Shown: positions 18,373-27,988, counted from the first letter of the stretch. The stretch is DNA of 64,000 bases from an uncultured Candidatus Saccharibacteria bacterium (GCA_964357525.1 CAYHLH010000002.1:5287-69286), one strand, 5' to 3'. A program made the numbers and translations. The notes: a model not told the origin generated them from the sequence alone.

Positions 18373-19275
18373 CTATCGTATCAGTATCATCTTCTTCGTA
18401 TCGGTGTAGTCCCCAGCCGTCAAGCGGTACAGGTATGTCCCGCTTGAGAACTTGTTTGCATTCCAGTCGATCTTGTAGCTTCCGGCTTCCATTTCCTCGT
18501 TCACCAGAACCTCGATTTCCTTTCCCAAGGCGTCATACACCGTGAGTGTCACGAGTTCCGGTTTTTGTATCCAGAATTCTATGTTCGTCAAGGGGTTGAA
18601 CGGATTGGGGTAATTCTGCTTGAGTTTGAATTCTTTCACCGTTTCGTTTTGTGGTTCCATACCCACTAGCGTCCTCTCAAAGTCGTCAATGATGGCCTCC
18701 CAAGTTGCCCCGCCGTTGGAGGAAGTAATGTACCAGTCAAGTATGACCGATGCATTTATGTTCTGTCCTCCTGGAGGATAAATAGTGACGAACTTTATCT
18801 TTAGTTTGTTGAACTGTTGGGGGAAGTTTTGTGGTACCACCCAAAGTCCAAGACCCCATGAGTTGAGAGAAGCCCTGCTAATGAAATAACCGCCAACTTG
18901 AGACCATGGATCGCTGTTTTTTTTCACATAAAAATACAGTTCCAATCCAACTACTGATGAAATTGGAGTAAGTTCAGTGGGTTTAATGCGTATGACGAAA
19001 AATTCTGCTTGAGTGGAACGATTTATCATCGTAGCAAGCGTTTTCTCGATTTCTATATATCCTTCATGAATTCCCACAATATTGAACTTCTGAGCCGAAT
19101 CGCCTTGCCCCCAGTGGTCACCGGTCATTTGTGAATTGTAAACCGTGATACCGCTATGCGTGCCGTTCGGCGCCCAGCCGTTTATGGGATTCATGTTGAT
19201 TTCATAAAGCAGGAATAGAAACCCCAAGATAAGTATCAACAAGGCTCCAAAAAAGATAATCTTTGTAGGTTTCAT
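18373..19275 (-). CDS. Exported protein with T9SS type-A C-terminal sorting domain
   Basis: 'FKLKQNYPNPFNPLTNIEF...VYDALGKEI...WNANKFSSGTYLYRL...TKKMILIR'; SD GAAAGGAGG. Confidence 0.88.
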   Translation of the reverse strand: MKPTKIIFFGALLILILGFLFLLYEINMNPINGWAPNGTHSGITVYNSQMTGDHWGQGDSAQKFNIVGIHEGYIEIEKTLATMINRSTQAEFFVIRIKPTELTPISSVVGLELYFYVKKNSDPWSQVGGYFISRASLNSWGLGLWVVPQNFPQQFNKLKIKFVTIYPPGGQNINASVILDWYITSSNGGATWEAIIDDFERTLVGMEPQNETVKEFKLKQNYPNPFNPLTNIEFWIQKPELVTLTVYDALGKEIEVLVNEEMEAGSYKIDWNANKFSSGTYLYRLTAGDYTDTKKMILIR

Positions 19276-19403
19276 TTCTGAAACCCTCCTTTCCAGTGAT
19301 ATTTAGTTTTTATTTATTCTGTCCTATTTATACCACGAAATACGGAGAAAAACAACCATTCTGTTCGAGTCCTTTTTCTACCCCTTTTTCAGCATTGAAT
19401 TTG

Positions 19404-19460
19404 CCCAGTAGTAGAACCGCGACAGCCCTTGCCGGAAAATGGTCGCAGTTCACTACTGGG
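19404..19460 (+). mobile_element. CCCRGTA element, promoter subfamily (B2)
   Basis: CCCAGTAGTAGAACCGCGAC...GTCGCAGTTCACTACTGGG flanked by TTTG/TTTG; followed by CTATACT. Confidence 0.75.
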
Positions 19461-19516
19461 TTTGCTATACTTATTACATAAGGTCAGAGATCGAAAGATT
19501 TGCTATAATAAAAGCA

Positions 19517-21430
19517 ATGAAAAATAAACTTCTCGTTTTTTCAGTCGGCGTACTTTCGCTTGCGGTGCTTTTCTCCGCAGGAGCGGTATTTGGGCAGGGA
19601 AGAAACAATACGTGGACCCCGCCCGCCCAGCAATTCCCGGCGGGGAATACAACGCCGCCGGTGGACGTGGGAGCAGAAAAACAAACGAAGGTGGGTGAGT
19701 TTACTGCAAGGGTTCTCGAATCAAGCAATAGTCTTGGTGGACCGGGTTTCATTCTTCAACCCAACACTTCCATACAATCCGGACAGAACACCTTCTTTCT
19801 TTCCACGGGAGGTTATTCCGTTCTGAATTCTTTGGGCCACATTTTCCTGAACTCCAACAGCGGGTCAATCCAAATCAACGCCCCGGCGGGGACTGCGAAC
19901 TTTTCCATCACGAAAGGACTCGTGCTCCCGAACTACACGACGACCCAACTTGGTACCGGGGTTCCGGCAGGAACTGTTACCTATAACCCTACGACCGGCG
20001 AATTATGGCTTTTCACCGGCGGAACGAATTGTAATGAACAGCAGGGGGGAATTTTGAATTCGGCTTCCGCACAGAGCGGGAGGTGCTGGGTGAAAGTCGC
20101 CACGGGCAGCCTGAATGTCAATACGTACTGGCAGCCGGTGGGTACTGGAAAGATCCATTACGACAACAATGTGGGAATCAACACGGGAACTGCTGAGCCG
20201 CGCGGGCCGTTGGACATCGTGAGCGGCGCGGACAACAAACCTGCGTACTTCTCAAGCGCCAAGGGGTTGGTGCTCCCGAATTATACGACGGCACAGTTGG
20301 GGAGCGGTGTGCCCGCTGGGACTATCACCTGGGATAACACGACAGGGAAATTGTATGTTTTAAAAACACAAACAGGAGGATCGAAAGCGCCAGGGTTGGT
20401 AGGCGAAGCGAACGCGCAGGTCGGTGGAACGTGGGTTGAGATTGGCGCGGGCGGGCAGCCCACGAACGTGTTCTGGCAAGCGGGAACGGGAGGTGCCATT
20501 CATTATCCGGGAGGCAATGTCGGTATCGGGACGAACGCTCCTGCTATCAATCTCGCCATCGGCGATACCGACACCGGTCTCAAGTGGATAAGTGATGGCA
20601 ATCTCGCGGTTTATACGAACAATGCGGAGAGGATGAGGGTTGATTCAAGCGGTAGCGTCGGCATCGGCACGAGCATGCCGACGGCGAAGCTTGACGTGGT
20701 TGGCAGCGCGAAATTGACGGGGGATGTCACGCTTGCTCCTTCGGGACAGTCGGCATATACCGTGAAAAACAGCGCGGGGACCATTGGGCTCTACAACGGC
20801 TCGAACGCGGTGAACTTCAGCGTGGGGCAGGACGGCGTCGTGCTCGTGAAGGACAGAATTGCCGCGCAGGGGACGACGCTCCAAATAGTGGGGTCATCGG
20901 GAAGCGAGAGTGTGCTCAAAGTGGGAGGTACGTATGGAGGCACGTTCCGGCCCGGCAGGGTGGAAATCGCGCATCCGAACGGTACGGACACGATATCTCT
21001 GAAGCAGGAATACGGGAAAACACTTTCTATCAGCGAGCCGGGGAATAATAAGACGCTCAAAATAAATCTTGATAACGTTTTGGCCACAAGCTGTTTCAAC
21101 GTGAACGGCGTTGATCCGCACAGATTTTTGAAAGTGGACGCGAACGGGTGGCTCGTCTGCGCCGATCTTCCCAATTCAAGTCCCACGGTGCAGATTTTCC
21201 CTGCGCCAGGTAGCAATCCGCTTGCGGGCGACAATATGATAGATCTTGGGAACAACTGGTCACTTTGTTCGCTCTCGTGGATGGAGTCTACCGGAGGTCC
21301 GGGCGGGGATCCGTTTCGTCCAACCGGCTGCGAAGTCGGAAAGAACACTGGCAATAATCAGTGGTATCTGCGGGCGATCAAGAACGGCGAATGGAACGCC
21401 CGATGTAAGGCCACGTGCGTGAGATTTTAA
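19517..21430 (+). CDS. Secreted fibre/adhesin-like protein
   Basis: Signal peptide; 'WTPP...PAGNTTPPVDVG..KQTK' N-motif; GNVGIGT repeats; internal duplication; Cys-rich tip; leaderless TGCTATAAT-7nt-ATG. Confidence 0.75.
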   Translation: MKNKLLVFSVGVLSLAVLFSAGAVFGQGRNNTWTPPAQQFPAGNTTPPVDVGAEKQTKVGEFTARVLESSNSLGGPGFILQPNTSIQSGQNTFFLSTGGYSVLNSLGHIFLNSNSGSIQINAPAGTANFSITKGLVLPNYTTTQLGTGVPAGTVTYNPTTGELWLFTGGTNCNEQQGGILNSASAQSGRCWVKVATGSLNVNTYWQPVGTGKIHYDNNVGINTGTAEPRGPLDIVSGADNKPAYFSSAKGLVLPNYTTAQLGSGVPAGTITWDNTTGKLYVLKTQTGGSKAPGLVGEANAQVGGTWVEIGAGGQPTNVFWQAGTGGAIHYPGGNVGIGTNAPAINLAIGDTDTGLKWISDGNLAVYTNNAERMRVDSSGSVGIGTSMPTAKLDVVGSAKLTGDVTLAPSGQSAYTVKNSAGTIGLYNGSNAVNFSVGQDGVVLVKDRIAAQGTTLQIVGSSGSESVLKVGGTYGGTFRPGRVEIAHPNGTDTISLKQEYGKTLSISEPGNNKTLKINLDNVLATSCFNVNGVDPHRFLKVDANGWLVCADLPNSSPTVQIFPAPGSNPLAGDNMIDLGNNWSLCSLSWMESTGGPGGDPFRPTGCEVGKNTGNNQWYLRAIKNGEWNARCKATCVRF

Positions 21431-21574
21431 ATTAGCTTCATTTCAGCCGAAGGCTGGTCCGCCTTTGGCGGAAGCTTCATAGTAAGAAAGTCCGCCCCCG
21501 CCATGGCGGGGTCGGACTTTCTTTAATATGGTTTGACCAAGATTGAGGAACGGTAGAATATAAGAATATAACCT

Positions 21575-21925
21575 ATGGAAATAAAAATAGTGAAAGATCA
21601 TATAACCGCGGAAGAGTTAAAAAAAATGGCGAGCGAGGGGTTTGGCGATCTCGTGAAAGCGGTCGTTGATGTGAGTCAGAAAATCATGGCGGTGGGCGGA
21701 GAGCTTCACGCCGATGAAGAGATAATGCTCGTGGAAAAAGAACATTCGCGTCGTGAACATACATGGGGAATTAATATTTACCCCGCGAGGCCGGAGAAGG
21801 AACGGCTTGAATTTGATTCCATGATTAACTTGAAGCCGATGTCCGGCAACCGGTCGCGGGATGTGGAAAGCCCGGATACGAGAGAGAAGATACGAGAAAT
21901 CGTAGCAAAACTTGTACGCGGGTAA
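21575..21925 (+). CDS. DUF5674-like protein
   Basis: 'LVKAVVDV...GGELHADEE..L...WGINIYP...EFDSMINLKP..GNRSRDV'. Confidence 0.7.
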   Translation: MEIKIVKDHITAEELKKMASEGFGDLVKAVVDVSQKIMAVGGELHADEEIMLVEKEHSRREHTWGINIYPARPEKERLEFDSMINLKPMSGNRSRDVESPDTREKIREIVAKLVRG

Positions 21926-21926
21926 T

Positions 21927-22256
21927 ATGGCGCTAATCCATAAAAATCTGGCAGAGGGGAGGTGGTACGAGCTGTCTTTCGCGGAGCAGTTGGGGAACAT
22001 TGGAAGCGAGGTATTGCGCGCCTCGCGTCGGCAATTGAAAGACAACACACTTTTCTGGGGCGCGGTTTTTCGCGCGCTGGAACTTTTTGATTTGACCCTT
22101 GGCGATCCGCGCTGGGCAGGGCGCCGTTACGAAATCGCCCGCGCCAGAGAGGTATTTTGCGATGCCGTATACGGAGGAAAACTGTACAAAAGTTCATTGT
22201 CCGATTTAATTCCTTATTTTGACAGTTTCGCGCTTGCGGCAAGAAATAAATTATAG
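21927..22256 (+). CDS. Small helical hypothetical protein coupled to the DUF5674-like gene
   Basis: Starts 1 nt after the upstream stop; 'RWYELSFAEQLGNIGSEV.RA...RALELFDLT..D...EIARAREV..D'. Confidence 0.7.
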   Translation: MALIHKNLAEGRWYELSFAEQLGNIGSEVLRASRRQLKDNTLFWGAVFRALELFDLTLGDPRWAGRRYEIARAREVFCDAVYGGKLYKSSLSDLIPYFDSFALAARNKL

Positions 22257-22289
22257 GTCAGATAGATAATAGTCTGTAAAGGAAATTTG

Positions 22290-22419
22290 CCCAGTAGTAG
22301 CACTGCGACACATTTTGCGCCTCCAGTGGATTTTTCAGAAAACATCGGAATGGCGTTATAAAATAATATATTCAACTGTATCAATGACATGTTAGAGGCA
22401 GTCGCAGTCCACTACTGGG
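22290..22419 (+). mobile_element. CCCRGTA element, promoter subfamily (B3), ~90-bp interior
   Basis: CCCAGTAGTAGCACTGCGAC...GTCGCAGTCCACTACTGGG flanked by TTTG/TTTG; followed by CTATACT-7nt-ATG. Confidence 0.75.
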
Positions 22420-22437
22420 TTTGCTATACTTAATATA

Positions 22438-24969
22438 ATGACAATAAAAAGAGTTTCTTTTCTTTCCTTTGCGCTTGTCGCGGCTATGGGGATTTTTGTT
22501 TCTTTTGCGACAGCAGCAGAGCCATTAAGGGCCCGCGTTTCCTCAATTACCGCCAATTCGGTGGTCGTTTATCTTGATGGGTGGACGCAGGCGCGGAGCG
22601 GCGAGATCTACACGCTCTACCGGAACAACGGAACGGGCGACACGCGCCTCAATGTCGGTACGGCTATGTTTTATCGCGATACCAATGTCCCGACTGGGAA
22701 GACTTACACCTACCGGCTCACGAAAAATCCTGGGGGAGATATAGGCACCGCGCAGGTGAACGCCAACATACGCCCAGGAACAATAGTGAAAGGCGTTGGA
22801 TGGAGTTCGATGGACGGCGCAGGCATAGGGTGGATAAGCGTCAATAGCACCTCGCAGGATCGGCAGGGAGGCAATCCCCATTCTTCGGTTCCCTATGGCG
22901 TCTATGCGGATGATTCCGGAGTTATGCACGGCGTCATGTGGGCGGGGCATGTGTCTGGAAGTCCCGCGACGGGGTGGGGGTGGCTCTCATTCAACCAGGA
23001 AGATCTGAAAAACTGCCCCGACAGCAATTGCAGGGCGTTCCTGAACCCTGCGACGGGGAAGATTGACGGATGGGCAAAATTCATAAACACAACAGGAGCA
23101 GCGGAGTCTTGGAGCGGATGGGTAAGTTTGCGGAACATGGATCCAAAAAATCCGTACGGACTCTGTTTCGGCGATCCGGACGGACAGCCAATCAAAGTTG
23201 ACGATGCGTTGTATTACAGCGGAAACGCGTGCAAGGCAAACGGAGGGGTGACCCACCCCGTGCTCACAGGTGCCGCATGGGCGGGTTTGAACTCCGATGA
23301 GCCAGGGGGATGGGTTCTATTTGCCTCGTCTTCTCTGGGCATCATCAATCCGACCTCGACCTTGTCGGGCGTTGCCATCAGCCCTCCGCCGCCGCACAAC
23401 GTCGCCATCCGCGACATCAAGGAGTTCTCGGCGAACAGGGCTGTTTCGTGGTTTGTGGACAACACCTACGGTGGGAATTCCCGCTACGGGACGGTGACAC
23501 CGCGCGATTCCGGAGAATACGTGCCGGTGAGCTACCTGGCGCCGATGACCCTGCCGAACCCGAGAAACACCTTCATCAGGGTGTCGACGACGGACAGCGG
23601 CACTCCAGCCGCCGACCAGGATCCCTTGACTGTCGTGCCGCCGTACTCCTTGACGTGCCTTTCCGAGGGCGAAACCTCCATTCGCCTCATAATCACGAAG
23701 AATTATTTCGACCCGAACTATTTCGGGCGCGAGCCGCACCGGATAGACCTCCGCGGCGCGACGGGAACTCCGCCCTCCGTCATCATCGCGTCGTCCACGA
23801 CGGGCGCCATCCCCTCATTCACGCACACGGGGCTGAAGAAAAAGACGAAGTATAACTATGAGCTCGCTACGACCTATAACCGCGACGGGTATGTGGTGAG
23901 GACCTCGCCCATCGTGTCCTGCGAGACGGGCGCGTCGCCAGAGCCCGTGGGGGCCGCCGTGAACCTCAACGCGTACGCGAACACACCGCAGAGCATCTGG
24001 GTGAACTGGAAGGATACTTCCCGCGCGACGACGCCGTACGAGTTCGAAATCCAGCGCATGAGGGTCACTCCCGATCGCGAGAACCTGCGGCTTGAGTTCC
24101 GCCCGACGAGCATGACGAAGGCGGAGATCACGTGGGAGAACAGGACGCTCTGGGTCCCGTACATACAGAAGTTGTGGAGGAGCGACGGCCCGAGCGGGAA
24201 GTTCGACCTTGTGTTGGGCAACGTCCCCGGGTGGCTCCGCGAAGGGCCTCCGACTTCGACCGTACGATACGCGTTCAGCGACGTGGTCGAGCCGGGGCAC
24301 CAGTATCGGTACAAGCTCGAGGTGTGTGCCTCCCTGAACCTCGAGGACGTATACTCAAGTCCCGTTCGCGGCGGGACGGCGAAGCCGCCGCTCGTGTGCG
24401 TTGAGTCCGACACGTTCAACTACCTCCATTCGTGGAGTGGCGGCGAGGGCGCCCGCGCTCCCGGAACGTTTGCCAAAGCGACGGCGTCCCTCCTTGATGT
24501 CTCACACCGCGCGCTCCGGAGCGTCTGGAATGCGGTAGCAGGGCTTTCCGAAAAGGTTTCCTCGGGATTGAGGTTCGCCGCCTCGTCCGTCTCGAAATGG
24601 TTCGGCGGCGGAGAACGGACGGTGCTCGCACAGACCGCAAATTACAATGCGTACTTCAAGACAGCGGTCATCACAAAGAACCCGTCCTACTTCGACAGTG
24701 ACCTCGTCCCCGACACGGTGTATCTTTACCGCGTGTCAATCCTTTCGGACGAACCCGTGTGGAGCAATCTCCGCGCGGCGAAAACACTCCTCGACGACCA
24801 AGGGGGTCCCACGGAGAACCGTCCGGTCTGCACCCGGAACAGCTTCTGCGACGCGAGCGTGCCGGGAGTGAAGACGGGCGACCTTTCCGAATCATCGGAA
24901 CAGCAGTGCTTCGTGAACAAGGACTGCGTGGATGTGGGGAGAAGCGACCAGGGATTCCAGGAAAGATAG
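22438..24969 (+). CDS. Large secreted fibronectin-type-III/Trp-Gly-repeat surface protein
   Basis: Signal peptide; 'GWSS..GIGWISVN', 'GWGWLSFN', 'WSGWVSL' repeats; FN3-like 'HTGLKKKTKYNYEL', 'DSDLVPDTVYLYRV'. Confidence 0.75.
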   Translation: MTIKRVSFLSFALVAAMGIFVSFATAAEPLRARVSSITANSVVVYLDGWTQARSGEIYTLYRNNGTGDTRLNVGTAMFYRDTNVPTGKTYTYRLTKNPGGDIGTAQVNANIRPGTIVKGVGWSSMDGAGIGWISVNSTSQDRQGGNPHSSVPYGVYADDSGVMHGVMWAGHVSGSPATGWGWLSFNQEDLKNCPDSNCRAFLNPATGKIDGWAKFINTTGAAESWSGWVSLRNMDPKNPYGLCFGDPDGQPIKVDDALYYSGNACKANGGVTHPVLTGAAWAGLNSDEPGGWVLFASSSLGIINPTSTLSGVAISPPPPHNVAIRDIKEFSANRAVSWFVDNTYGGNSRYGTVTPRDSGEYVPVSYLAPMTLPNPRNTFIRVSTTDSGTPAADQDPLTVVPPYSLTCLSEGETSIRLIITKNYFDPNYFGREPHRIDLRGATGTPPSVIIASSTTGAIPSFTHTGLKKKTKYNYELATTYNRDGYVVRTSPIVSCETGASPEPVGAAVNLNAYANTPQSIWVNWKDTSRATTPYEFEIQRMRVTPDRENLRLEFRPTSMTKAEITWENRTLWVPYIQKLWRSDGPSGKFDLVLGNVPGWLREGPPTSTVRYAFSDVVEPGHQYRYKLEVCASLNLEDVYSSPVRGGTAKPPLVCVESDTFNYLHSWSGGEGARAPGTFAKATASLLDVSHRALRSVWNAVAGLSEKVSSGLRFAASSVSKWFGGGERTVLAQTANYNAYFKTAVITKNPSYFDSDLVPDTVYLYRVSILSDEPVWSNLRAAKTLLDDQGGPTENRPVCTRNSFCDASVPGVKTGDLSESSEQQCFVNKDCVDVGRSDQGFQER

Positions 24970-24972
24970 AGA

Positions 24973-25677
24973 TCAGGTTTTGGCTATGGCGAGTCCCGCG
25001 ACATGCGGGACTCCCGCTTTTTTGAGGGCGCGCGCTGCCTCCTCTATCGTCGCGCCGGAAGTGACGACATCGTCCACGAGGAATACGAGCGCGTTCTCCG
25101 GAAGCCCGCGGTTTTCCGCCGAGAAGCATCCCTCGACGTTCAGGGCGCGCTCTTTCCGCGTTCCGCATGCGGTCTGGCTTTTCGTATCTCGAGTGCGGCG
25201 GAGTGTGTTGGAAAAGACCGCCGCCCGGAACCCGGTTTTCCGGAGCTCGCGCGCGAGCGCCTCTGAAAAGAGCCCGGACTGGTTGAATCCCCGCTCGCGC
25301 TCCCTGCGCGGATAAAGCGGGATGGGAAGGAGCGCTGGCATCGCTCCGCGCGGAATCGTTTGCGAGAGAAGCGGAGAAATGAGCCGCGCGGCGGTCGCCG
25401 CCGCCTTCTCCGTTCCACCGTATTTGAGAGCGTGGATGAGCCGCCTCGCAGGGATGGACTCATAGGAAAATCCCGCAAATACGGAAATGCTTCCCGGGTG
25501 GCACTTTCCCTCCGCGACGCGCTTTCCGCACGACGAGCAGACGAATCCGCCCCGCACGCCGAGCAGCGCGGAGCACTCGGGACACATGAGGGGGACGCCG
25601 ATCGCGAGCGCGCGCCCGCACGAGAGGCAGAGTGGAGGGAAAAGAAGATCTGGAATTTTCCGCAGGAAGGAGAGCAT
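24973..25677 (-). CDS. comF: ComF family competence protein
   Basis: CxxC zinc-ribbon N-terminus, 'RERERGFNQS', PRT loop 'LVDDVVTSGATI'. Confidence 0.92.
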   Translation of the reverse strand: MLSFLRKIPDLLFPPLCLSCGRALAIGVPLMCPECSALLGVRGGFVCSSCGKRVAEGKCHPGSISVFAGFSYESIPARRLIHALKYGGTEKAAATAARLISPLLSQTIPRGAMPALLPIPLYPRRERERGFNQSGLFSEALARELRKTGFRAAVFSNTLRRTRDTKSQTACGTRKERALNVEGCFSAENRGLPENALVFLVDDVVTSGATIEEAARALKKAGVPHVAGLAIAKT

Positions 25678-25710
25678 TCGTCTTTATTTTACTCCTCTGT
25701 TAAAATAGGG

Positions 25711-26820
25711 ATGCACACCATGTCTTTCATCAGCGATTTTTTGGGCGACTTGGGGAATTTCCTCCGCGGGGGGACGGTTTTGGGCATCGACATCGGCACG
25801 TCGTCCGTGAAGGTGGTGGAGCTCAAAAAGCTCGGCGACCGGTTCGCCTTGAGGAATTACGGCATCCTCGAGACGAGGGACTATTTGGAGCATCCGAACC
25901 AGGCCATACAGACGAGTTCCCTGAAATTGAGCGAGAGGGACGCAGCCGCGACCTTGAAGCTCCTCCTCCGCGACATGAAGCCGAAGACGAACCTCGCGGT
26001 CGCGACCCTGCCGGTCTTCACGACGTTCACGACCACCCTGGATTTTCCCGACCTTCCGCCCGCGGAAACCGAGAAGGCCATCCATTTCCAGGCGGCGCAG
26101 TACATCCCCATTCCGATCTCGCAGGCCTCTATCGAATGGCGCAAGGTCGCCGAATATACCGACAAGGAAGGAAGGAAGCATCAGCGCATCATCCTCACTG
26201 CGACGCCCAATGACGTCATCAGGAGCTACGAGCAGGTATTCAAGCTCGCGGGTCTCCGCCTCGTCACCCTCGAGCACGAGCCGTTCGCCATCGCCCGGGC
26301 GCTCAAGGGATCGTTGACCGACGCGGCGACCCTGGTCGTCGACATCGGGGCGCAGTCCACGAGCGCCATCGTCCTGAGCCGCGGGGCCGTGGAGTATGTG
26401 GGTCAGACCGACGTGTCGGGGATTTACCTCACGCAGGCGCTCTCGCGTAGCCTGGAGGTCTCGATGTCGCGTTCCGAGGAGCTCAAGCGGCGAAGGGGGC
26501 TACTCGGCACGGGCCCGGAAGCGGAGTTATCAACTATCCTCCTGCCGTTTTTGGATGTTATAATACAAGAGACGAGGCATACGAAGGAGCTTTACGAGGC
26601 GCAGTTCGGCAAGCGCGTCGAAAAGGTGATGTTCCTCGGGGGCGGCGCGAATCTTGCGGGAGTGGAGAAATACGCGAGCGGGCAGTTGAACCTCATGTTG
26701 GGACAGCACTCGTTCATGCAGGGGCTCGTCTACCCGAAGGAACTCGTCCCCGCACTCCGCGACCTCGATAACCGCCTCCTCGTCGCGTTCGGGTGCGCGA
26801 AGCGATATTTCAAACAATGA
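25711..26820 (+). CDS. pilM: Type IV pilus assembly protein PilM
   Basis: 'LGIDIGTSSVKVVEL', 'VVDIGAQST', 'FLGGGANLAG' actin-like motifs. Confidence 0.92.
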   Translation: MHTMSFISDFLGDLGNFLRGGTVLGIDIGTSSVKVVELKKLGDRFALRNYGILETRDYLEHPNQAIQTSSLKLSERDAAATLKLLLRDMKPKTNLAVATLPVFTTFTTTLDFPDLPPAETEKAIHFQAAQYIPIPISQASIEWRKVAEYTDKEGRKHQRIILTATPNDVIRSYEQVFKLAGLRLVTLEHEPFAIARALKGSLTDAATLVVDIGAQSTSAIVLSRGAVEYVGQTDVSGIYLTQALSRSLEVSMSRSEELKRRRGLLGTGPEAELSTILLPFLDVIIQETRHTKELYEAQFGKRVEKVMFLGGGANLAGVEKYASGQLNLMLGQHSFMQGLVYPKELVPALRDLDNRLLVAFGCAKRYFKQ

Positions 26821-27368
26821 ATTCAGTGCAAAACGGCAGAACGCAAATAGGGTACGGGAACATTCCCGTCGGTTTCCCGTGGAAGATACTGGTCTTCGCG
26901 GTGGTGGTGTTCCTTTTCACGTTGTTCGTGTTTTTCGGGGTCAAATTCGGCTATTCTAATTTCCTCGACAGCCGCGAGAAGACGCTCGACCAGCGGATCG
27001 ACCAGCTCGCCGCGGTGGTCTCCCAGGAAGACCAGCAGGAATTCATCTCGTTCTATTCCCAGCTCGTGAACCTCAAGGAGGTGTTTTCCCGGCACGCGGG
27101 CGGGAGCGAGGCGCTCTCGATCCTAGAGCGCCACACCATCCCGTCGGTGTATTATGCATCCGCGAAGATCCTCCCAAAGGAGCGGAAGGTCGAGGTGTCC
27201 GGGCGCGCCTCCTCTCTCGATTCGTTCATAGAGCAGATGTATGTGTTCGACAATTCGCCGGATTTCCGCGAACGGGTGACCGTGACGCAAATGGGATTCG
27301 ACCAGGGGCGGGTGGTGTTCAGCGCTCTGCTCTTCCCGCGCGAGGAAGTGTTCGGGGTGATGCAATGA
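26817..27368 (+). CDS. pilN: PilN-like protein
   Basis: Single TM, coiled coil, then small domain; ATGA overlap with pilM. Confidence 0.7.
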   Translation: MNSVQNGRTQIGYGNIPVGFPWKILVFAVVVFLFTLFVFFGVKFGYSNFLDSREKTLDQRIDQLAAVVSQEDQQEFISFYSQLVNLKEVFSRHAGGSEALSILERHTIPSVYYASAKILPKERKVEVSGRASSLDSFIEQMYVFDNSPDFRERVTVTQMGFDQGRVVFSALLFPREEVFGVMQ

Positions 27369-27372
27369 CGAC

Positions 27373-27933
27373 ATGAAAGCTTCGACAAAAAGGGTACTTT
27401 CCATATTCTCCGCGGCGGCGCTGTTTTTCGCCTCGGTCCTGGTTTACTCGAACCTCATAAGGCCCGAGTTCGACCGCGTGGCAGAAAAGCGCGCCGTCGT
27501 CACCGCGAAGGAAGAGGTGTTCTCGACCCAAAAGGAGGCGGTGGACCAGGTGAAAAACGTGATTTCCCAGGCGCAGGGGATGGAATCGGTACGCGAGACC
27601 GTGTCCTTGACGGTCCCCGAGGACCCGGATACGACCGGGATCCTCCGCCAGCTCTCCGCGATCGCGAATGCGAATCAGGTGGCGTTCACCTCGTTTTCCA
27701 TAGAGACGCCCGTCCCTCCGCGCACGAAGGATTTCCTCGTGAAGCAATTGGCGGTCGTACGGATGCAGATGTCCGTGTTCGGCCCCTATGAAGGCCTCAA
27801 GGGATTCCTCCGCGGACTCGAGACGAACGTCCGCGTGGCGTCCATCGAAAATGCGGAGATACGCCCCGTTTCCTCGGGCGGAGGCGAACTTTATTCCCTT
27901 GCCGTCAAAGTCGAATTTTTCTATCAAAAGTAA
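27373..27933 (+). CDS. pilO: PilO-like protein
   Basis: TM + coiled coil; 'GPYEGLKGFLRGLETNVRVASI'. Confidence 0.8.
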   Translation: MKASTKRVLSIFSAAALFFASVLVYSNLIRPEFDRVAEKRAVVTAKEEVFSTQKEAVDQVKNVISQAQGMESVRETVSLTVPEDPDTTGILRQLSAIANANQVAFTSFSIETPVPPRTKDFLVKQLAVVRMQMSVFGPYEGLKGFLRGLETNVRVASIENAEIRPVSSGGGELYSLAVKVEFFYQK

Positions 27934-27988
27934 GGGCTTGATATAAATTTACGAGATGAAATCGAAGGAAATTTATGAATCAAACCTT

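Noticed and set aside
15508-22419. CCCRGTA elements as invertible promoter switches
   Set aside because: The arms are asymmetric, all copies have the same orientation, the -10 lies outside the B elements and no invertase is nearby. Not fully excluded without reads.
15719-24969. Diversity-generating retroelement or shufflon acting on the adhesin genes
   Set aside because: No reverse transcriptase, no adenine-specific TR/VR pair and no invertase with inverted C-terminal cassettes seen in the window.
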